Shown here one piece after another: positions 26,725-38,951 of a DNA stretch of 64,000 nucleotides. The stretch lies in the NCBI GenBank assembly GCA_964016885.1, contig OZ024756.1, positions 43,896,001 to 43,960,000 of the forward strand. The letters run 5' to 3'. Both the position numbers and the translations under genes were made by a program. Each line of letters starts with the position of its first letter. The first letter of the stretch is position 1. The notes under the pieces are model-generated. The model saw nothing but the letters and a program-made list of their open reading frames with translations, ran no database searches and was not told the DNA's origin. Origin of the DNA: Eledone cirrhosa. Its lineage: Eukaryota.

Positions 26725-27102
26725 AGAGTTACGGCCCTTTATGGTCTGAGTTCAAATCCCGCCGAGGTTAACTTTGCCTTTCATCCTTACAGGGTCGGTA
26801 AAATAAAGTACCAGTGATACACTGGGATCATTGCTGGCCTTGTGCCAAAAGTAGAAACAATTATTAGCCAGCGTGACAGATTGGTTGTAGAGTCGGTAGA
26901 ACGTCAGACACCATGCTTTACAGCATAGAGTTGCAGCCCTTTCCGTTCTGAGTTCAAATCCCACCGAGATTAGCTTTGCCTTTCATCTTTACTTCATCAA
27001 TAAAATAAAGTACCAGTAATGCACTGGAGTCGATTTAATCGACTTTCCCCTCCCCAAGAATTGTTGGCCTTGTGCCTCAATTAGAAACCATTATTATTAT
27101 TA
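26725..27102 (+). mobile_element. Two tandem SINE family 1 copies
   Basis: Two gagttcaaatccc B boxes, each followed by the core and an (ATT) tail. Confidence 0.85.
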
Positions 27103-27363
27103 CTTTATTTACACAATGATAGTCTTATTAACAGAATATGGTCCAAGATAGGTGGAAGTCAACTATGGGGGGAGGGGGGTCCTCCAACAGGAGGGGGACC
27201 TTAAACAGGAGAAGGAAAGCTCTGGATTTAGGATTTTGGAATTAAAGAAATTAAATTTTATTTTATTTTTAAGTAAAATTTTTAGTGTTGATTTTTTTGT
27301 TAGTTTTGAAAATTATAATTAAGGTTAAACTGTTTGTGTGTTTATCCCCTTCCATAAAACAAG

Positions 27364-27426
<63 letters not shown>

Positions 27427-28051
27427 TACCAGCATAAAATGCACACAGAAAAACAGTTACATAAGACAAATAAACTACTTCATCTGTACCTCGTCGGCCA
27501 TCTTCTGACTAACAATTTCGTGCATTAAACGAAATATATATAACACCCATCTAGACAAGTATTTCATGCATTTAAAAGGTATTAATGAAAAGATATTTGT
27601 CCTATATGTTCCTATATCTTAATATATTTTTCTTACAAGTTCAAATCCGGGGAAGATGAAACTAACAATTGTAGTGAGAAGTCTACGCGGCATGGAACCA
27701 ATTAAGTTAAAATTACTACAAAGTATGCAAAAATATTTTGGATAGGAATTTAATAAATCGCTCCTTATTAGAATCTTAATTTAACGATATCACAAAACTT
27801 TATTTGATGGGTGGCCAATAATTTAAAAGTGTCAGGGATTAGTGAAACACCGTGTATATATGTGTATATATGTGTGTGTGAATATATATATGAGAGAGGG
27901 GAGGGGTGAGAGGGAGAGGGGGAACAGGGAGTCCCCAAGGAGCTAAATATATTTCTCTATGTTAACAATTTAAGGTTAATCTCTTAAGTGTAGATAAATG
28001 CTTCTTTTTAAAAAGAGTTTCTCACTCTGTGGCACACCCTGTATATACATG

Positions 28052-28127
<76 letters not shown>

Positions 28128-28229
28128 ATGTATGTGTGTATATGTGTGTTCACAGTTTTAGGTACGAAGCCATTGAAGTGCTCAATTCAGATTTATACGG
28201 AAGTTTGTGAAACCTTTTAAATGTTCGTT

Positions 28230-28480
28230 CATATTTGATGACGTATTTTATAAAGGAGGCCGTTGTCAACATCGATGACCGATTAGATATGACTCCGATC
28301 ACCAACCACAAGGTTGAAGAGTACATATCATGCCTCAGGCTCTGTCTTATCTCTATTACCCTCGCTCCATGGAGTTGAAGGGACACCGTATTGACATACA
28401 GCGTTTCTAAGGCACTTCTTAAACCTGGCGGAGCCCTTCTCCCCTCCAGGTCTGAATACAGCAGATTTCTTCCAGAGAAG
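28230..28480 (-). mobile_element. Highly decayed RT fragment
   Basis: LETLYVN...IEIRQSLRHDMYSSTLW loosely resembles IxRGxRQGxxLSPxLF; similar DNA at ~53630-53750. Confidence 0.3.
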
Positions 28481-28883
28481 GATAGAGAGAGTGAGAGAAT
28501 GGAAGTGAGAAAGAGATATAGAGGAAGATCACTGGTACTTTTTTATTGACCTCGAATGGATGAAAGGCAAAGTTGACCTCGGCATGATTTGAACTCAGAA
28601 AGGCGTGAGCTGAAACAAATACTGCAGCTTATAATATGTACAGTATTATGTAATATACGAACGACTGCAACAAAGATGAAGAGTTTATACATCTTTCTAT
28701 CGTTTAGCATTTGTTTGTCATCTGTCCTGTCAGTTCTCCTTCCTCAATGTCTAACCAACAGCTTCTCTATATGTATTTGTCATTGCCATACTACATCGTT
28801 AGTTTCCGTCTTTTTCCGGTAGACATTTTAAACCACCGAAGACATTCTCCCAGAGATAATCAACAGAGGATAACTGTTGAAAG

Positions 28884-28941
28884 ATGTTACTCCGGTCCGT
28901 TATTGCGCTTCTTCCGCTCCTGAACGTAGTCTCTGCAATAC
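28884..28941 (+). CDS. Exon 1 (signal peptide) of a discoidin-like/TSP1 membrane protein
   Basis: MLLRSVIALLPLLNVVSAI followed by gtgagt; phase 1 fits the next exon. Confidence 0.65.
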
Positions 28942-29191
28942 GTGAGTCTTCTTCAACCATTTCATCAAACTCTTATGTGCTGGAAGTATTTCCTTCTGTG
29001 TATGTGCACGCGCGCGTATGCGTGTGTGTATGTGCATGTGTGTTTGAGTGAATTTGCATGTGTGCATATGTGTGAATGGGTATGTGAATGTATGCATGTC
29101 TGTATGAGTGAGTATCTATATATGTGTATGTGAGTGAGTATGAGGATGTGTGAGTATATATATACATACATGTCTATTCTACATTTCAATA

Positions 29192-29238
29192 ATGACTGAT
29201 GAGCCCTGAAGGAAACGAAACGAAAACCTCGTATACAT
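29192..29238 (+). ncRNA. Decayed hammerhead motif
   Basis: ATGA CTGATGA .. GAAAC GA aaacc TC GTA TACAT; weak helices I and II. Confidence 0.4.
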
Positions 29239-29240
29239 CA

Positions 29241-29381
<141 letters not shown>

Positions 29382-29415
29382 TTCTTCGCTTTTATTTCTT
29401 CTTCTATTAAACCAG

Positions 29416-29687
29416 ATATGTTTAATGTTGCCCGCCGTAGAAATGGCGGAACATGTATGGGAGCTTCTTCGTTTTACAGTAACATTACCACATGTAGTGA
29501 AGCTATCGACGGTAAACTGGATCATAACAGTATGTGGATGACTCGTTCTGAAGGAGTAGGTTCATGGATCAAGTTAGGTTTTTCTACTTTCTATTTGATC
29601 AAACGAGCTAGGATCATGCAACACTCCAGTGTTCACGAGCAATCCAAGGACATTATGATGACTTTCAGTGATGGATCCACTCAAACG
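29416..29687 (+). CDS. Exon 2: F5/8C/discoidin-like domain, N-half
   Basis: ccag acceptor; NVA..GGTCMGASS..CSEAIDG..W..GVGSWIKLGF..FSDGSTQT; gtgagt donor, phase 0. Confidence 0.8.
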
Positions 29688-30160
29688 GTGAGTATTTACC
29701 GGGTTTGTGTTGTTCTCACCTCCCAGGTGAGTATTTACCGGGTTTGTGTTGTTCTCACCTCCCAGGTGAGTATTTACCGGGTTTGTGTTGTTCTCACCTC
29801 CCAGGTGAGTATTTACCGGGTTTGTGTTGTTCTCACCTCCCAGGTGAGTATTTACCGGGTTTGTGTTGTTCTCACCTCCCAGGTGAGTATTTACCGGGTT
29901 TGTGTTGTTCTCACCTCCCAGGTGAGTATTTACCGGGTTTGTGTTGTTCTCACCTCCCAGGTGAGTATTTACCGGGTTTGTGTTGTTCTCATCTCCCAGG
30001 TGAGTATTTACCGGGTTTGTGTTGTTCTCACCTCCCAGGTGAGTATTTACCGGGTTTGTGTTGTTCTCATCTCCCAGGTGAGTATTTACCGGGTTTGTGT
30101 TGTTCTCACCTCCCAGGTGAGTATTTACCGGGTTTGTGTTGTTCTCATCTCCCTTTACAG
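29688..30160 (+). repeat. 12 x 39-bp tandem array of GT...AG units at the intron 2 donor
   Basis: Unit gtgagtatttaccgggtttgtgttgttctcacctcccag. Confidence 0.95.
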
Positions 30161-30352
30161 ATTGTTTATTCCAGTGTTACGACTGTAGTGTGCGAAGTGT
30201 AAATAGATTTAAAAGAATTGAAGTCAGTGTTGCAGCTCAGGCTCCGTTACCTTGATTGTACCCTGACCTGATCGATATCGAAACAATTGTAATATGCCAA
30301 TAAAGTTTGTACATATGCTGCAACACTGACTTAGATTCTTTAAAATTTTTAT

Positions 30353-30402
<50 letters not shown>

Positions 30403-30491
30403 AGTATGTGTTTGTTGTTTACCGACACCTCAGTATGCAGGTTGGAGCACTCAACGAAGTGCGCAGGCTGGTTTGTTTACTCCGGAGTAAA

Positions 30492-30830
30492 ATAATAAGT
30501 GTAAGTGAAACATGTTAAAGTTGGCTTCGTTTATTCCAATTTGTTGTTATACATATTTCAGTGACAGCCATTATTGGCTGTGACCTCATCAGGCAGTAAG
30601 AATTTAGTAAGGAACAGGAATTATGATTCCAGTTCCTTTGAGGACTAACAACACACCCAGGTGCTGGACATATCGATGAATTAACAGAGTAGAACCCATT
30701 ACAATATCAGGATTTCCTGTTTTTTCTGCCTGATGAGGTCACAGCCAATAATGGCTGTCACTGAAATATGTATAGCAGCGAATTGGAATAAACGAAGCCA
30801 ACTTTAACATGTTTGACTTTCACTTATTAC
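30492..30830. mobile_element. Inverted-repeat hammerhead element (family G)
   Basis: Arms 30492-30596 and 30726-30830 with a 130-bp spacer. Confidence 0.8.
30726..30778 (+). ncRNA. Minimal type I hammerhead
   Basis: CTGC CTGATGA GGTcACAGCCA ataa TGGCTGTcACT GAAA TATGT ATA GCAG; the inverted copy at 30545-30596 has a damaged helix I. Confidence 0.78.
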
Positions 30831-30842
30831 TATATATATATA

Positions 30843-30894
<52 letters not shown>

Positions 30895-30961
30895 CAAAAA
30901 AAAACTTTGTATAGCTGAATAAGTTTGTATTCTTTTTCTATTTTCTTTTTCTACTTTTTAG

Positions 30962-31124
30962 GTTACCCTCTCAGAAAACAATGGAACTTCTTGGAAAGAT
31001 GACCTTGCAATATGGGATACGTTCGACCTAAAACCTATTTTAACAAATACAATCAACATCACAGTTGAATCAGTCTATTCCAGTTATAATAATGGCTTCC
31101 GAGAGTTGGAGTTTTACATTGACG
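30962..31124 (+). CDS. Exon 3: discoidin-like domain, C-half
   Basis: Polypyrimidine-AG acceptor; VTLSE..LKPILTNTINITVESVYSSYNNGFRELEFY; phase 0 to 1. Confidence 0.8.
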
Positions 31125-31423
31125 GTAACGGAACATAACATATCTACAATTGCGCATGCTCTGTTGTGTTTCCGCTTTTCACAACCATTTTGCATCACAT
31201 ATATATATATATATGCGTGGGTAAGTGATTGTGTGTTTGTATGGGGGTGTATTATTCCAGATGTTTACCATAGGTGACTGACTTAGTCCCAGATAAATCA
31301 TATTTTAGTTTAGTTCTCTTCCCACTAATTAAATACACGCTTCCGTCCTATAAACATTACACATTTAGTTTAGAAAAAATACATATATATATATACTCAC
31401 ACACACGCACACATATATATATA

Positions 31424-31495
<72 letters not shown>

Positions 31496-31496
31496 C

Positions 31497-31528
<32 letters not shown>

Positions 31529-31554
31529 ATATACACACACACATATATATATAT

Positions 31555-31609
<55 letters not shown>

Positions 31610-31622
31610 CAAATACATACAT

Positions 31623-31691
<69 letters not shown>

Positions 31692-31695
31692 CCAG

Positions 31696-31887
31696 TGGAC
31701 AGCAGTTGGTCATCTTGGTTTGAGTGGAGCATCTGTGTTGGAACTTGCAACGAAGGTTTCCAGATTCGCACCAGATCTTGCCTGAACCCCTTCGGAGGAC
31801 CAGCGTGTAAAGGAGCTGCCGAGGAGATTAGGACCTGTAATTCACAGATATGCTCCAAAGACAGTTTACCAACACCAACATCAATGC
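31696..31887 (+). CDS. Exon 4: thrombospondin type-1 repeat
   Basis: [25 protein letters not shown]; AG/GT boundaries, phase 1-1. Confidence 0.9.
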
Positions 31888-32129
31888 GTGAGTAAAAACA
31901 GGCTTTTTGTTTTCTGTATTTTGGGTTAAAGTGTGTTTGCGTGTGTGTGTTTTGTTATTGTTTGTTTTTCGTTTTTGTTTTTTATTTTTTTGAGCAGTGG
32001 AGGGAGGTGTTGTTTTTTTTTGGGGGGGGGGGGGGTGCTCTTCTGTCTTTGCAATCTTCCCAGAGAGGACGGAATTGTTGTGTCAATTATAGGAGGTAGG
32101 CGACAGAGAAGCAATTGTTTTGAAATACA

Positions 32130-32410
32130 ATATATAAACAACAGTGAAAAATGGCGGCAAATTGGCAGAGTTGTTAGAACGCCATTTTCGGCGTAGACAT
32201 GCAATATAACAGGAGGAAACAGAGTAGTACCACTGATGATGTCGCTGTATTTTTAACCGTTGGTCAATTAATGATAAACATTGATTGCCAAATAAATTAA
32301 CTATGGAGATATAAAAGATACAGAAGTGAAAACCAACCAAACGGTGAGTGTGTTCTGTTATTATTTCTGACACTATTATTACAACAATATGACCCTCCCC
32401 AAGTATAACA
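32130..32410 (+). mobile_element. Diverged family B-like element
   Basis: Ends atgaccctccccaagtataacaa-(TA)n; residual CCA CTGATGA...AACTA TGG. Confidence 0.5.
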
Positions 32411-32426
32411 ATATATATATATATAT

Positions 32427-32457
<31 letters not shown>

Positions 32458-32458
32458 C

Positions 32459-32998
32459 ATAAAATATTAAAAAAATAATGAATAAAACAAAGAAACAGTT
32501 CCTTATATTAAACAAAAAAAGTTCATTATTTTACGATCGTTTCTAGGACATATATGTGTTAGAATTGGCATGCATATTCAAAAGATCTATGTACAAAATT
32601 ATACAAACTATCAAGGAGAATATACATACCATCACATATATATGCTGTCTTCAGAAATAATCATTATTTCTGAAGACAGCATATATATGTGATGGTATGT
32701 ATATTCTCCTTGATAGTTTGTATAATTTTGTACATAGATCTTTTGAATATGCATGCCAATTCTAACACATATATGTCCTAGAAACGATCGTAAAATAATG
32801 AACTTTTTTTGTTTAATATAAGGAACTGTTTCTTTGTTTTATTCATTATTTTTTAAATATTTTATCTTGACTCTGTATTCCGTTTATCTTTCACCGAAAG
32901 TGATTTTTGAATGCATCTCTTCTTTCCATGATATCCGGATTACATTGAGTTCTTCATACGGATTGGACACTACCGTAAACTCTTGGTAGATTTATCTA
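32459..32998. mobile_element. Family E fold-back element (~400-bp near-perfect palindrome plus 3' tail)
   Basis: Palindrome 32459-32865 centred at 32662; the tail is repeated at 39370-39470. Confidence 0.88.
32662..32800 (+). ncRNA. Type I hammerhead with palindromic helix III (mirror copy 32524-32661 on -)
   Basis: CATTATTT CTGAAGA [long imperfect helix II] GAAAC GATC GTA AAATAATG. Confidence 0.78.
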
Positions 32999-33023
32999 TA
33001 TATATATACATATATATTTCCAG

Positions 33024-33206
33024 TGGACAGTCATTGGACATCATGGTTTCAATGGAGCAAGTGTGCTGGAACATGTCATGATGGTATCCAAATCCGAACC
33101 AGATCTTGTCTGAACAAGTTCGGTTCCCCAACATGTGAAGGGGCCGCCCAACAGATCCGGCAGTGTCCTTGTTCAAAGGATCCTCTTCATTCTGATGCCG
33201 CTATGC
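33024..33206 (+). CDS. Exon 5: second TSP1 repeat
   Basis: WTSWFQWSKCAGTCHDGIQIRTRSC; phase 1-1. Confidence 0.9.
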
Positions 33207-33237
33207 GTGAGTAGACATTTCTTTGTGTGTTAGGCGA

Positions 33238-33670
33238 GTATCTGTGTGTGTCTGTGTGTATGTGTGTGTCTGTGTGTATGTGTGAATCTGTGTGTGTGTG
33301 TGCCTCTGTGTGTGTCTGTGTGTCTCTCTCCGTGTGTCTGTGTGTGTGTGTGTGTGTGTGTCTGTGTGTATCTGTGTGTGTCTGTTTATCCGTGTGTGTG
33401 TATGTGTGAATGTGTGTGTGTGTGTGTCTTTGTGTGTCTCTGTGCGTGTGTGTGTGTCTCTGTGTGTGTCTGTGTGTATCTGTGTGTGTGTCTCTGTGTG
33501 TGTCTGTGTGTATCTGTGTGTGTCTGTTTATCTGTGTGTGTGTATGTGTGAATGTGTGTGTGTCTGTGTGTGTATGTGTGAATGTGTCTGAATTTGTGTG
33601 CATGTGTATGTGTTTGTAAGTGTGTATGTATGTGGTTTGTGTGAGTGTGTGTGTGTGTATGTGTGTGCGT
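33238..33670. repeat. (GT)n-rich compound microsatellite
   Basis: Direct reading. Confidence 0.9.
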
Positions 33671-33948
33671 GAATACATACATACATACATACACACATAT
33701 TCACAAACACCCAAACACACACACAAGTACTTATACATACACACTGTATCAAATTTCTTCTTATTTTTATGCTTCCAAATTATTTTTCTTCAAATTTGTT
33801 TCTTAAAATATTTTCTTGAAATATTCAGACAAATTTTTCGGTATTTTTTTTTTTCTCATTAAATAAATAAGGAAATGCGTTTGTTGATATTTTAAATACG
33901 TATATATATATATATATATATATATTGTTTCGTCTTATTTTCAAACAG

Positions 33949-34086
33949 AAAAGGCAGATGTGAGAGAATCAGAGGCAGGTGTACCAATTGCTATCGTATT
34001 GAGTTCTGTCTGTTTCGTGCTCCTGGTCTGTGTGATTCTGGCAGTGATAATTCTATGGAGTCGCAATCGGAAAGGAATCGCCGCTG
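33949..34086 (+). CDS. Exon 6: transmembrane helix
   Basis: VPIAIVLSSVCFVLLVCVILAVIILW then SRNRK; phase 1-1. Confidence 0.8.
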
Positions 34087-34125
34087 GTAATTGGATGGGG
34101 TGCTTATATATAAATATTTTTTGAA

Positions 34126-34219
<94 letters not shown>

Positions 34220-34221
<2 letters not shown>

Positions 34222-34386
34222 GAAGTGTGGTAAGTAACCAGGTGGACCATAACGCACCAAAGTACTCGATACTGGGTAGTAGATTGGGTAATAGGAGAAG
34301 AGTCAAGACCCCGACGGCGGAGTCCCGCCGTTTTTAGCTGTCGAAACGGCCGGAGCTCAGCCATCGGGCTCCTGACTCTTTTCCTA
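34220..34386. mobile_element. Diverged family A terminus with fold-back
   Basis: Same terminus plus an imperfect palindrome 34291-34386. Confidence 0.7.
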
Positions 34387-34689
34387 TACACATATATATA
34401 TATGTATGTATGTATATATACAGGCAGTTGCGGACTGGGTCTAAAAATATTGGTTGCCAGATGAAGGGGGCTCACCTACATATAGAATGAAGGGGGTCCA
34501 CCTACATATAGAATGCTATCATTTGATTTTTATAATGAATTAATAATATTTTCAAAAATTACATAAGTGGAAACAAATCAGTGGAATCAAATTTTTGCGG
34601 GAAAATATCTGACCTTCTCCATTAAAAAATATTATGTATTTTGCGAAATACAGAGACTTTCAATAATGACCTTTTGTCTTTCACACTCA

Positions 34690-34735
<46 letters not shown>

Positions 34736-34750
34736 GGGTGCGTGTATATG

Positions 34751-34789
<39 letters not shown>

Positions 34790-34908
34790 TGTTTGTTAAA
34801 ATAATCAAATTAAATAAATTCAACAGTTAAATACACACAGGAATAATAAGGTTGTTACCAAAGACCCAGAAGATTGACAAGTCGACCTTAAATATGACTA
34901 ACTTTGAT

Positions 34909-35220
34909 TTTGAAAGTAGGTTTATAATTATTAATTTTCATAATACCTTTATAGTTGTCTCGGTAGCCTAGTTGAATCAATCGTAGGCAGTGGCGATCCT
35001 GGTCTGAAGTTCGATCTTGGTCGGGAGTAGGGTTCCCGGTAAACCTTTTCAGTTTTTTTTCTACTGGTTATAAAATAAAAACTGAAAAAGGTTATGCTTA
35101 CCTCTCGACCCGGATTGAACCCAAGGACAGGATCTCCACCGTCTTTAGTACTTACCACTAAACTACAGAGACAACTACGAAAGTCGTATGAAAATTCATA
35201 CTTATAAACCTACTTTCAAA
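34909..35220. mobile_element. Inverted-repeat element with a tRNA-like A/B-box unit in each arm
   Basis: tttgaaagtaggtttataa / ttataaacctactttcaaa ends; tagcctagttg and gttcgatc on +, tagtttagtgg and ggttcaatcc on -. Confidence 0.65.
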
Positions 35221-35553
35221 ATTTTCAAAACAAAATGATACGGTGTCGTTCATGTCTTTCTTAATGTTATTGCTCCTCCTTAAGGTCGGCTTCTAAATCA
35301 TTTGGGTGTTCCATAAACTTTCATCCTCGTTTGTTTCTCATCTATCTAGACTATATTTTAATCTGTAATCCATGTTTCGGCCCCTGAGTGACACTTATAT
35401 GGGGATGGCACTTTAAGAGCGAGTCAGTGTGCAATATGCTGCTCTTCTATGTGGTGAGCCGTCTAAACTGAAGAGCTACCCCGGGTGGTTGTTGACACAC
35501 AAACTCTAGCTATTCAGATATCTAACATGTCTCATTTCTGCTTTAATCTTCAG

Positions 35554-35610
35554 CATATGGAGCCGCATCTGAAAGTATTCTTTTCCATGAAGACACAACA
35601 GGTAGCTTCA
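35554..35610 (+). CDS. Possible exon 7 (cytoplasmic tail)
   Basis: ttcag acceptor, open in phase (AYGAASESILFHEDTTGSF), gtaagt donor. Confidence 0.35.
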
Positions 35611-35868
35611 GTAAGTTGACCTCTACATGTTATGACATTTATCTTAATGTACACACACACACACACGCACACACAAGAAATTGACTGAAGATAAAGGACT
35701 GTCCGTTTATTCATGATGTTTTTTTTCCGTTGTCTTTGTCTTAAACGCTCCTATCCTTTATATATATATATATATATATATATACGTTATTCCGGGTTGA
35801 ATCGGAGGTAACCACAATAAGTAAGGTACTCAATACATTGCAGAGTATAAAAGTGTTAATATAGATGA

Positions 35869-35917
35869 GATTCTACAGGACTAGAACTGTTTCATTCTTT
35901 AGAAATCATCAGGAATC
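35869..35917 (-). ncRNA. Type I hammerhead (family D)
   Basis: GATTC CTGATGA tTTC taaa GAAt GAAAC AG ttctagtc CT GTA GAATC. Confidence 0.65.
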
Positions 35918-35918
35918 C

Positions 35919-35951
<33 letters not shown>

Positions 35952-36064
35952 GTATACGTTTTTCTATATGTAGTGTCTGAACAGAGAGAAAACATGTTTA
36001 TCAGAAGTAACCGATGTAGAGAATCCTATGTAGATTGCAAGATAGGAGACGGTACTTGTATAGA

Positions 36065-36235
36065 CATGTGACAAATGATGTGTAAAGAGGAGGATTGCTG
36101 GGAGGAAGAAGTGCCTTGAAATCCAAGTGGAAGGAAACGGCAGTAGAGGAAGACCAAGGAAGACCTAGACGGATGTGGTGAGAGTTAATCTCAAATCACT
36201 TAAGCTCACAGAGGAAATGACAAAGAAATGAATGC
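36065..36235 (+). mobile_element. RTE-like LINE 3' fragment
   Basis: KKCLEIQVEGNGSRGRPRKT*TDVV. Confidence 0.6.
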
Positions 36236-36254
36236 ACCGACTGAAAGGATGCTG

Positions 36255-36690
36255 TCCCAGTTTCCCCAACTCTGTTTCCATCACCGTTATCCCGTTGTTA
36301 TTGGGTTAAAACCTCCCAGTTTCACCAATCCTGAACCCATCATTGTTATCCCGCTATTATTAGGTTAAAACCTCCCAGTTTCCCCCAAATCTGCTCCCAT
36401 CACCGTTATCCCGTTGTTATTGGGTTAAAACCTCCCAGTTTCCCCAACTCTGCTTCCATCACCGTTATCCCGTTGTTATTGGGTTAAAACCTCCCAGTTT
36501 CCCCAACTCTGCTTCCATCACCGTTATCCCGTTGTTATTGGGTTAAAACCTCCCAGTTTCACCAATCGTGAACCCATCACCGTTATCCCGCTATTATTAG
36601 GTTAAAACCTCCCAGTTTCCCCCAACTCTGCTCCCATCACCGTTATCCCGCTATCACCAATCCTGAACCCGTGATCCTTATCCTGTTGTT
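36255..36690. repeat. ~60-bp minisatellite, ~7 copies
   Basis: ctcccagtttccccaactctgcttccatcaccgttatcccgttgttattgggttaaaac. Confidence 0.9.
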
Positions 36691-36864
36691 ATTAGACTTT
36701 GAGAGGAGAAAGGAAATCAGCAAAAGGTGATGCCAAGAAGGGGGGTTAAGGTGAACCCCCAACTTACCGGGGGTGACCTACATACTGTGGGGGGTTTCAC
36801 GACTATCACCTGCGGCATATGTAGTGATAATAATAGAAATATTATTATTATTATTATTATTATC

Positions 36865-37034
36865 ATGCTTTGACGCATAGAGTTATGGCCCTTGCCATTC
36901 TGAGTTCAAACCCCGCCGAGATTAACTTTGCCTTTCATCCTTATGGGGTCAATAAAATAAAGTACCAGTAATGCACTGGGGTAATTGCTGGCCTTGTGCC
37001 AAAAGTAGAAACAATTATTATTATTATTATTATT
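36865..37034 (+). mobile_element. SINE family 1 with (ATT)n tail
   Basis: B box, core and tail. Confidence 0.85.
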
Positions 37035-38463
37035 CAGGTGGAAAAGAATTGGGACGAAGTAACGAGCAGAGTAGCCAGTCTCACCCAAAAATGGGCTGGG
37101 AGGAAGCTATCACTGAAAGGTCGCGCGGAGGTGGCGAATGCGTACATCGAGTCCGTCATCTACTACCGCCTGACCGTCGTGCCTTGCCCCCGTCCGCGCC
37201 TCGTCAAGTTGGAACGGCTCCTCTTCAAATTCTTGTGGAGAGGACTAGTTCCGTTGGTGAGGCGGTCTATCTGCTGCCAGTACCCTCTACGCGGAGGGTT
37301 GGGCATGCCGTGGCTAATGATGCGCAGACATGCGTTGAGGCTGCGACATCTCCAGATATTCTGCCTCAACGGTGAACAGGTGTGGTCGCCGTTTATCAGA
37401 CGTGCCTTTCCGCAGCTCATTTCTTTGACTGAGCTGCAGTCCTGGGTCAAGAAGAGACCGAGACTGGGTGACTGGCACCTGGAATGTTGCCTGGCACTCA
37501 CTGCCCTCTACCAAGCGGGCAATGCGATCAGTGGAACTTCCACTCTCGAGTTCTATAGAGGATTAGTGGTGGGCAAGTGCGATGACGCACTCGGAGAAGC
37601 TTTGGGCCTCGACGAAGTCGAACTGACCAGTCTGTACCGGAGGACTTTTGAGCCGGGGACGATGGACAATTTCCAGAAATCCCTCGCTTGGCAGTGCTAC
37701 CGAGGGGCACTGCCGGTTCAGGATAAATTCTACAGGCACGGAAGTGCTGTCAGACGGACCTGCCCAAGATGCGCATAGAATGACGAAACCGTTCTGCACG
37801 CACTTGTCCAATGTCCGTGCATTACTGACTTGTGGAGTTATGTCGAACAGCTACTGTCGCGTGTGGAACGAATCCGGCTATCGGCCGAGTCCATAGTGAA
37901 GATCGATCCACCGCCTTCCTTAGGTCAGGAAGAGCAGGAAATTTTCCTCTGTCTGGTGGCGAAAGAGGTTATATGGTGGACCAGGTTAAAAGGACTGAAG
38001 ACAGACACTTTTCTCTTCGGCCAATCCCTCATCAACTTCTTCAAGTTTCACCTGGAAAGGAAGGTGAGGGTGGAGAGAGAAGTGCTGCCCCCCAGTACAT
38101 TTGCTAAAAGGTGGATGAATGTGACAAGAATGGCCCGTGTGAATGGGCCTTCTCCGACCATGCGCCTATAGGCTAGCTAACTTGAGGAGAGGGGTGCTCT
38201 CCCTGGGTGCCCTAGAAGTGCAGGGTGGTTCAGGATTGCTGGGGTACCTGAGTCATCCCTGGGTCGTCCACCCACTATAGGGGAATTTATTTTGTTATAT
38301 TTATGCATAATTTATTTTATATTTTTTATATTTTCATTGTTAAATTAGTCTTGCCATTGTGCAATTTTACTCAACCTTATTGTAAACCCCCACTGTCCTT
38401 GTCTTTGTATTGTCCCCTACATGTTGGCCCTTGTGACTAATAAATGAAATCATTATTATTATT
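37035..38463 (+). mobile_element. 5'-truncated Tx1-like LINE related to 17254-23337
   Basis: Peptide collinear with the ORF2 C-terminus; premature TAG at 37776-37778; (ATT)n on both sides. Confidence 0.92.
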
Positions 38464-38575
38464 CCCGCCGAGGTTGACTTTGCCTTTCATCCTTACGGGG
38501 TCGATAAAATAAAGTACCAGTAATGTACTGGATAATTGCTGGCCCTGTGCCAAAAGTAGAAACAATTATTATTAT

Positions 38576-38577
<2 letters not shown>
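38464..38577 (+). mobile_element. 5'-truncated SINE family 1
   Basis: Core and tail directly after the LINE (ATT)n tail. Confidence 0.85.
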
Positions 38578-38611
<34 letters not shown>

Positions 38612-38832
38612 CAGTACTAGCAACAGCAGCAGCAGCAGTGTACTGACTGTTCGCCTTCGGAGTACTTAAAAACCTAAATTGCACACAGGAAACACCAGTG
38701 TTTTTTTCATTGTGGAGGTGGGAGGGGAGGAGCGATGGTATGGTTGTTGGCGATGATGATGGTGATGATGTTAGTGGTTATCGAGTTCATAAGAGTTATT
38801 GAAATGGAACAGTACTTTAGATATTCATGTTG

Positions 38833-38951
<119 letters not shown>

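Noticed and set aside
28676-28822. Alternative signal-peptide start MKSLYIFLSF
   Set aside because: It runs into a stop, whereas the ATG at 28884 has a consensus donor in the right phase
36912-38577. SINE segments as a long TSD of the truncated LINE
   Set aside because: The two SINE segments differ at several positions, so independent insertions are more likely
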